Source of the DNA: the human T2T-CHM13v2.0 reference genome, Homo sapiens
Strand: one strand, 5' to 3'
Length of the DNA: 64,000 nt
Assembly (NCBI RefSeq): GCF_009914755.1
Contig: NC_060927.1
Every line of letters begins with the position of its first letter. The first letter of the stretch is position 1. The notes under the pieces were generated by a model, which was not told where the DNA came from, ran no database searches, and saw nothing but the letters and a program-made list of their open reading frames with translations. Position numbers and translations under genes: made by a program. Of this stretch, positions 56,975 through 64,000 are shown in pieces.

Positions 56975-59031
56975 CATGAACAGTACTCTAATATCAGTTG
57001 ACTGAGAAAGAGAAAACTCCGGCCTAGTTTAGAAGTCATTTTGCATAACTGGCAGGGACCAGATGAAAGTGGAAAGCTGCAGCACTGCACCCATTTGAGA
57101 AACAGCCCTAAGGGATAGGGCAGAACTTCAAACAGTCCACTTGGTTGTTTATGTTTCCTGAAAGGAGACATGGAGAGACATATAAGTCTGTTCAGATATA
57201 TGGGCTGTGCCCAGTAGTTTGGCTAGGTGGGTCAAAGACTTGGACAGAAAATGATCAGACAACTGGTGACAAGAAGGTGTGGGGATGAGGTGTGTGGCTA
57301 CAATTTTCTGAGGGGAAATAATATGAGGATATTTGTCTCCCATGTGAAGTCTCACCAAAGAGTGACCTCAGTACGGAAGGATTTTACTAATAAAGTGACT
57401 AGGCTGACCTTTCCTGTGGATGTCAGCCAGCCTCTTTCATAGCCACTCTTGTCTTTGCTCACTGGGCTCATGAATAAAGTGGACATGGTGAGAATAGAGG
57501 TTACGCATGGGCTCAGAAACATGGGCTACCATTCACCAAGGCTGATTTGACTATTGCCGCTGTGAGGTTGCTAATTTTCCAGCAGCAGAGACCGACACTC
57601 TGTCTCCAATATGGCACATTTCCCTGAGATGATCAGCCAGCTTTCTGGTGGCAGACTGATTGTATTGAAAGCTTCCATTATGGAATGGGCAGAATTTTTT
57701 TTCTTCCTGAAATAAATACTTATTCTATAAGGATTTGTCTTAACTGTATACATCTGCAAAAACTATCATCTACAAACTTATTGAATGTCTAGGTTGCTAC
57801 CACGGTATTCCATGTAACATTCCTTTTCACCAAAGAACTCATTTCGTAGTAAATAAAGTATAGCAACAGGCCCATGCACATGGAATTCACTGGTCTTACC
57901 ATGTTCAGGATGCACCATTCTGAAGCAGCTGCCTTGATTGATTAGTAGAATGGCCTTTTGAAGATTCAGTTACGGCATGAGTTAGGTAGCCACACCTTAT
58001 AGGACTGGGACAATGTCTCCCAGTATATAGTACATGCTCTCAATTAACATTAAATAAATTGAGGCATTTTCCCAATAACCAGCATTTATCATCCAGGAAT
58101 CAAAAGGTGGAAATGGGAGTGGCTCCTTATTACCCACCAATAATCCACTAGCAAAATTTTTTTTGCTTCTTGTCTTGGCAATCTTAGATTCTTTTCGCCT
58201 AGAGGTTTTAATTTCAAATGGATAAATGCTTCTACTAGGAGACAAAACAATGATTTTATTGGAAATTCAAACTACCATCAGCCCTATTTGGGCTACTTAT
58301 GAGTTTGAATCTACAAGCCAAGAAGGGGGTTACTATATTGGTTTGAGTGATTGATCCTGACTGCCAAAGGGAAATACAACTGCTACTTCATAATGGATGT
58401 AAGGAAGAGTATGTCTGGAGTACAATAGATCTCTTAGGGCATCTCTTAGTTCTACCACGTCCTATGATTACAGTTAATTGAAAAGTACAGCAACCCAATT
58501 CAGACCAGACTATTAAAATCTCAAGTCGTTCAGGAATGGAAGTTGGGGTCAACCCACCAAGCAAAGAACCACAACCAGCTAAGCTTCTTGCTGAAGATAA
58601 AGAGGATATGGAATGGGAATAGAAAGAAGGTAGTTTTACTACTAGTGGTACCAACTATGATCATGTGACCAGTTGCAGAAGTGAGGACAGTAATATTTAT
58701 TATGTTTTTCTTATTTTGTCATGAATATATTTGTATACATATAAATCAAACATTTTTATTTTTCCCTCTTATCCTCTTATTATCTAACATAAGATCTGCT
58801 GATGATAGATATCTTTATATCTTAGTACTTAACTTTAGGGTATCAAAGAAGAGGAGCGAACATCCCCAAGGACTTTTCCTTCTCTTTGGAGGAAAGAATT
58901 AGCAAGTTTTTGGTGGAATGCAAAATAGTTGTCCTATATTAAGTAGAAGTATGACTTCATTGTTGTCTTTATTTGGAGATTAAATAAGGTTTAAACAGAC
59001 ATTTATGGGTGCCAAGTTGATAAAAGTTAGA
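56975..59031 (+). mobile_element. ERVL internal region (pol RNase H/integrase to PPT)
   Basis: Peptide RIFVSHVKSHQRVTSVRKDFTNKVTRLTFPVDVSQPLS resembles HERV-L pol; ggaattcactggtcttaccatgt; gccaagttgat...tgtgatgg junction to the LTR. Confidence 0.9.
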
Positions 59032-59441
59032 TTGTGATGGTCAGTTCTATGTGTCAGCCTGGCTAATCTACAGTAGTCATTTATTCAATTAAACACTAAT
59101 CGAAGTTTTGTTGTGAAGAATTTTGTACATGTGATTAAAGCCCATAACCAGTTAACTTTAAGTAAATGACATTAAGTAGAAGAAATTATAAGATGTGGAC
59201 CTGATTCAACCAATTGGAATGTCTTCAGATCAGAACTGAGGCTTCTCTGAAGAAGAAATTCCACCTGCAAAAATCAGCTTCAGCCCATGCCTGATAGCTC
59301 TATCCTGCCCTTCCTGACATCCTCCTCTACAGATTTCAGACTTGCTTAGCCAGGACCACAATCACATAAACCAATTCTTTGGAAAACAACATATAATGTA
59401 TATCCCCTACTGGTTCTGCTTCTCTATTGAATCCTAACAAC
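59032..59441 (+). mobile_element. MLT2D-like 3' LTR of the ERVL
   Basis: tgtgatggtcagttctatgtgtcag...ctactggttctgcttctct. Confidence 0.88.
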
Positions 59442-59744
59442 ACTATTTTTCCTAAATGTAGAAAATACACTAAAATCACATCACTTTCATATCACAAGCT
59501 GAATTAAATCCCTCTTCCAGTCCTCCTTCCTTATTCACTGATCAACAAACAGAGCTTGTATCATGGATGCATCTTATATATTTGATTTTAGGGAAATTAG
59601 AGAGTATTATTGCTGAATATAAACTACAGAAGTATAGCAGTAATATTTTTGAAAGGAGCAAACCAATAAATAAAATTATGTCTAGACCAAATTTGTAAAT
59701 AGCTATGCAGTTAACAGGACAATATGGGGAGATTTTTCCTGTAA

Positions 59745-60970
59745 AAGGAAATTAACAAAAACTATTGATAAGCTGGACTTCCTTAAAGTGACAAACTTCT
59801 GCTCTACAAAAGACACTGTCAAAAGAATGAGAAGTCAAGTCACAGACTGAGAGAAAACACTGGCAAAAGACATATTTTGTAGAGGACAGTTATCCAAAAT
59901 ATACAAAGAACTCTTAAAGCTCAACAATAAGAAAATGAATGACCCCATTTTAAAATGGGCAGAAGACCAGATCAGATACATTAAAGAAGATATACAGATA
60001 GCAAATTAAAGAAGATATACAGATAGCAAATAAGCATATGAAAAGGTATTCAACATCATATGTTATTAGGGCATTGCAAATTAAAATAACAATGACACAC
60101 CATTATACATCTATTGGAATGGCCAAAATCCAAAATACTGACAACACCAAATGCTAGCAAGCATATGGAGAAATAGGAAATCTCATTTATTGCTGGTGAA
60201 AACTCAAAATAGTACAAACACTTTGGAAGACAGTTTGACAGTTTTTTACAAAACTAAACATACTCTTACCATTTGTTGGCAGTAATTGCATTCCTGGGTA
60301 TTTTTGTTCACACAAAATTGACATTTATGTCTACACAGAAACCTGAACATAGCAGCTTCATTCATGATTGGCCAAACTTGAGAAGCAACCAATATGTCAT
60401 CCAGTAGGTGAGTGGATATAGTCTTTGATACATCCAGACAATGAGACATTATTTAACACTAAAAAGAAATGAGCTATCAAGCATGAAAAGACGTGGAGAA
60501 AACTCAAATGCATAATACTAAATGAAATAAGCCAAAATGAAAGCACTATGTACTATGTGATTCCAACTATATGACATTCTGTAAAAGGCAAAATTATAGG
60601 CAGTGGTTGCCAATGTTTAGAAGAGAGGGAGTGATAAATAGGCAGAGCCCAGAGGATTTTTAGAGCAGTGAAACTATTCTGTATGGTATTATAACGGTGG
60701 ATACATGTCATCATATACTTGCTAAAACCCACAGCATGTACAATACCAAGAGTGAGACCTAATGAAAACTATGGACTTTGAGTGATAATAATGTGTCAAT
60801 GTGGGTTCTTCTAGGAAAAAAAAAAATATTGCTCTCGTGGCGGATGTTGATAGTGGGATAGTTGTGCATTTGTGGTATCAAAGGGTATATGTGAAATGTC
60901 TGTACTTCCTGTTTACTTTTGCTATGAACCAGAAACTGTTCTGAAAAGTAAAGTGTATTTTAAAAAAAAT
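59745..60970 (+). mobile_element. L1MC1-like 3' portion
   Basis: atccaaaatatacaaagaactcttaaa...caataccaagagtgagacctaatg, then an A tail. Confidence 0.9.
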
Positions 60971-61789
60971 AAATTTTTGAGATTTTGCCACCATTACTAA
61001 AAAAAAAATCTAAGAGCATTAAAAAAAATAACTATTGTCAAATCATTAAACTTGGGTGAGAAGAGAAGTTTTTTTTCTAATAATACAACCTCTTGAATTA
61101 AGTAAATTGGGAAAATTCAAATTTGCCTAAATTCGCATCAACTAAATCTTCATTACTAAGTTTTCTTATCGTAATACAATGAATTATTTAATTTTTACAA
61201 ACTGGAGATAGAAAATTATTTAAAATGTATACTAGATAAATCATTTATAACTGCACAATCACAAACCATGACCAACCTAATACAAATGTGCTCTATTAAG
61301 AGTATCTTATATTGTGATTTCATTATATGTTAAATTACCGCATTAAAATTGCTTAGCTAACATAATAAGATGATGTTAATATATAGTAAAACATATTAAA
61401 CTATCTAAAGGAATGCGGAAGGAAAAGATATTTTTATAAAGTATCCATCTTATTTACCTTGGATTATATTTTAGTATAAGCAAAATTTTAGTGAAGAAAT
61501 TTGCAATGCTGAAAGATAGTGACATTTACAATAAAATGAATCTTTGCTTGGATAGAGAGAGTATTGAATGTTTTGGTTTAATAATCACAGTGCCAAAGAA
61601 CTGATTATTTCTCTACCAAAAAAAAAAACAAAACAAAACAGGCCTACTAGTATGAAAGGTGTCAGCAGGGAACTGAACATTAGCTCAACATATATGAGAC
61701 AGTTCATTGCAGCTTCAAGCTAAATATAACAGAGTCTGTTATTTTTTACACTTCTCAAATTTATACCATTTCTAAAATAATCCATATCT

Positions 61790-62060
61790 TGACTCACTAC
61801 ATCAGGGACCTCCAGCCCACATACATATTTATTGGATTCATTTTTCATTCTCCATATTGAGTCAGACTGTCTTGTGGATCTCTGATATTCATCTCTTCCT
61901 GTTCTTTTCAATGGTCACAAGCTTGTCCCAGCTCTAAGGCCACAAACATGCCTGGATTAGTAAAAATAACAAAAGCATCAGCCTCCACTTAACACTTTCC
62001 TGTACTCCTAACAATCATATGTACAATAGCAGCAGTAACTTTTATTAAGCAATAATGAGC
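61790..62060 (+). mobile_element. L2 fragment
   Basis: catgcctggattag...acaatagcagcagtaactttta. Confidence 0.4.
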
Positions 62061-62764
62061 CCCTAAATCTGACAGAATAGGAAAAAAGATACATTACAAT
62101 CAAAATTCTTTGGACAGAGGTAAGCAAACCTATTTCAACAAAAATGTCCAAGATATAAAGTTTGTCCTGGAGCCACTCACGGTTCCCTTCAAAGCTTTGT
62201 TACACATCTTTGATACCTTTGCTCTTCACTACAAGTAATCAGAATTTCATCAGCTCCACTCTATGTTTCCAAAATATCTTTTTCCTCCAGAAAATCACAC
62301 ATTTAAGTCCCTTTTTAAAAAAATAAAAAATTTCTTCTTTTTTCAGTTCACATACTTAAATGGTGAAAAACAATTTAGGATATGAAATATTTCATTTATT
62401 CATATCTGATAAGAGTTCAATATGTTAGCACCTTCATTTCAACATAACACTACATTTATCCAAGAATAAATGTCATGGGGAACTCTCAGAGAGAATGATA
62501 TTTGGGTCAACATATTGGTTTTGTATATAGGGGTTTTCATTATGCTAAACAATAGCTCATGTTTTATAATATTGACAGAAGAAAGTATTTTTGCTCTTTT
62601 TCTCAAATCTCAATTAATTGTGAATCTCTTAATTATAAGCTGGGTAATTATAAGCTGGGTCGACTGTTATCATAACGGTGTGTGCAAGGTAATCCATGGA
62701 AACATAAGCAAAATATACTGCCTTCTTGTTCTAGTTAACAAGTACTAAATTACAGACCTCCTCA

Positions 62765-63062
62765 AACTTGCTGTAAAACAATATTTTTTTGCTGTGAAAC
62801 AAAACAATATTGTGCTGTAAAACAGTAACAATAACTTTTCTAGCTCATGCATGTGCAATTTCGGCAGGGCTTGATGAGGACAGCTTGTCTCCACTCTGCA
62901 CAGCATCAGCTGGGGAATGCAGCTGAAGACTAGATGCATCTGAAGGATTCCTCACTCACATGCTTGACAATTGATTTTGTCTCTCAGCTGAGGCTGTCAG
63001 CAAGAATAACTACACATGGCCTCCCAGCATTGTGGCTGGGATCAAAAAGGAAGCATCGAGAC

Positions 63063-63095
<33 letters not shown>

Positions 63096-63170
63096 AGCTA
63101 GGAGAAATCTATATTCCCTTGGAAGTCACTTCCTGACTACTCTGTAGGGTGAAACAGTCAATAAGCTCTA
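62765..63170 (-). mobile_element. MLT1 LTR with a (GA)n tract
   Basis: ggcagggcttgatgaggacagcttgtctccactc, cctcactcacatgc and ggaagtcacttcc. Confidence 0.75.
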
Positions 63171-63173
63171 CTG

Positions 63174-63370
63174 GAAACCCCATCTCAACTAAAAATAAAA
63201 AAATTCACCAGACGTGGTGGTGCATGCCTATAATCCCAGCTACTCAGGAGGCTGAGGCAGGGGAATTGCTTGAACTCAGGAGGTGGATGTTGCAGTGAGC
63301 CAAGATGGTGCCACCCTGCACTCCAGCCTGGGCGACAGAGCGAGATTCTGTCTCAAAATAAATTTAAAAA
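63174..63370 (+). mobile_element. 5'-truncated AluS
   Basis: Starts at gaaaccccatctc and includes the complete right monomer. Confidence 0.92.
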
Positions 63371-63779
63371 TGCTCTTTGCGAATAAGCTAAAGACTAAGA
63401 TTTATGCTAATAACAAAACATATGTGAACAGTGAGAAAATAGGAGCTGGCGCTTTCCCTTCTCTCCCAGGAAGTTCTAATTTGACCAGAAGACAAGATAA
63501 AAATCTAATCATATCAGAAAAAAAGCTGCCCAAATATTTTTTAAATTACCAAGAAAGCCATTTGAAATATTTAGAAAAGGATACTCCTCTAAGTTTATAT
63601 TGTTCATTGAGATGTTAGTAAATTATATGAACCTATAATGATTTATAAACATTTAAAATTTAAGCAAACAGAATATGAAGACAAAGCTTTAAGGTCATAT
63701 AATATTCATACTAGTAATTTATTTAACATCACTAAATACGATGATAAAAGACCTTCTTAGAAGCCAGTTCCAAGGCTTT

Positions 63780-63985
63780 TAATATATTAGTACAATATTC
63801 ATGTGAGAATAAATATATAGAGATATGTATAAAAATTTAAAATATATAAACATGTACCATTATGTGTTCAAATATGTATATTGTTAACCTGTATAATGTA
63901 TATATAAATATATATACAATGTAGAAATTTATGTAAACTCTCTAAATATGTATGAACAAATATTTGTGAGAATCATATATATTTC
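63780..63985. repeat. AT-rich low-complexity tract
   Basis: Degenerate (TA)n. Confidence 0.7.
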
Positions 63986-64000
63986 TTTAGCTTTTTTTTT

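Overview
This is AT-rich, repeat-dense primate genomic DNA (Alu and L1PA elements point to human or another ape), either intergenic or deep intronic. I found no supportable protein-coding gene, tRNA, rRNA or CRISPR array. Every ORF I could identify in the track is a decayed fragment of L1, Alu or ERVL; the rest look like chance ORFs. Main contents: an L1PA8A-like element that keeps both ends but has lost about 2 kb internally, several older L1M and L2 relics, about 12 Alu/FLAM/FRAM copies, two decayed ERVL internal regions, MLT2/MLT1/LTR16/LTR33-like LTRs, and several DNA-transposon MITEs. Subfamily names come from recalled consensus sequences, not from a RepeatMasker run, and ends of old elements are approximate. 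I did not find a convincing new multi-gene system. The most notable observations are: (1) an old L1 that appears to have carried about 350 bp of foreign sequence at its 5' end into an MLT2 LTR; (2) several local template-switch scars, including a perfect 19-bp palindrome within an A-A'-A triple; (3) a 58-bp non-TE duplicate 1.17 kb away from its twin; (4) an MLT2A1 LTR with a DUX4-like site and an intact splice donor, upstream of a candidate non-coding exon; (5) a Helitron-like relic; (6) a closely spaced inverted Alu pair.
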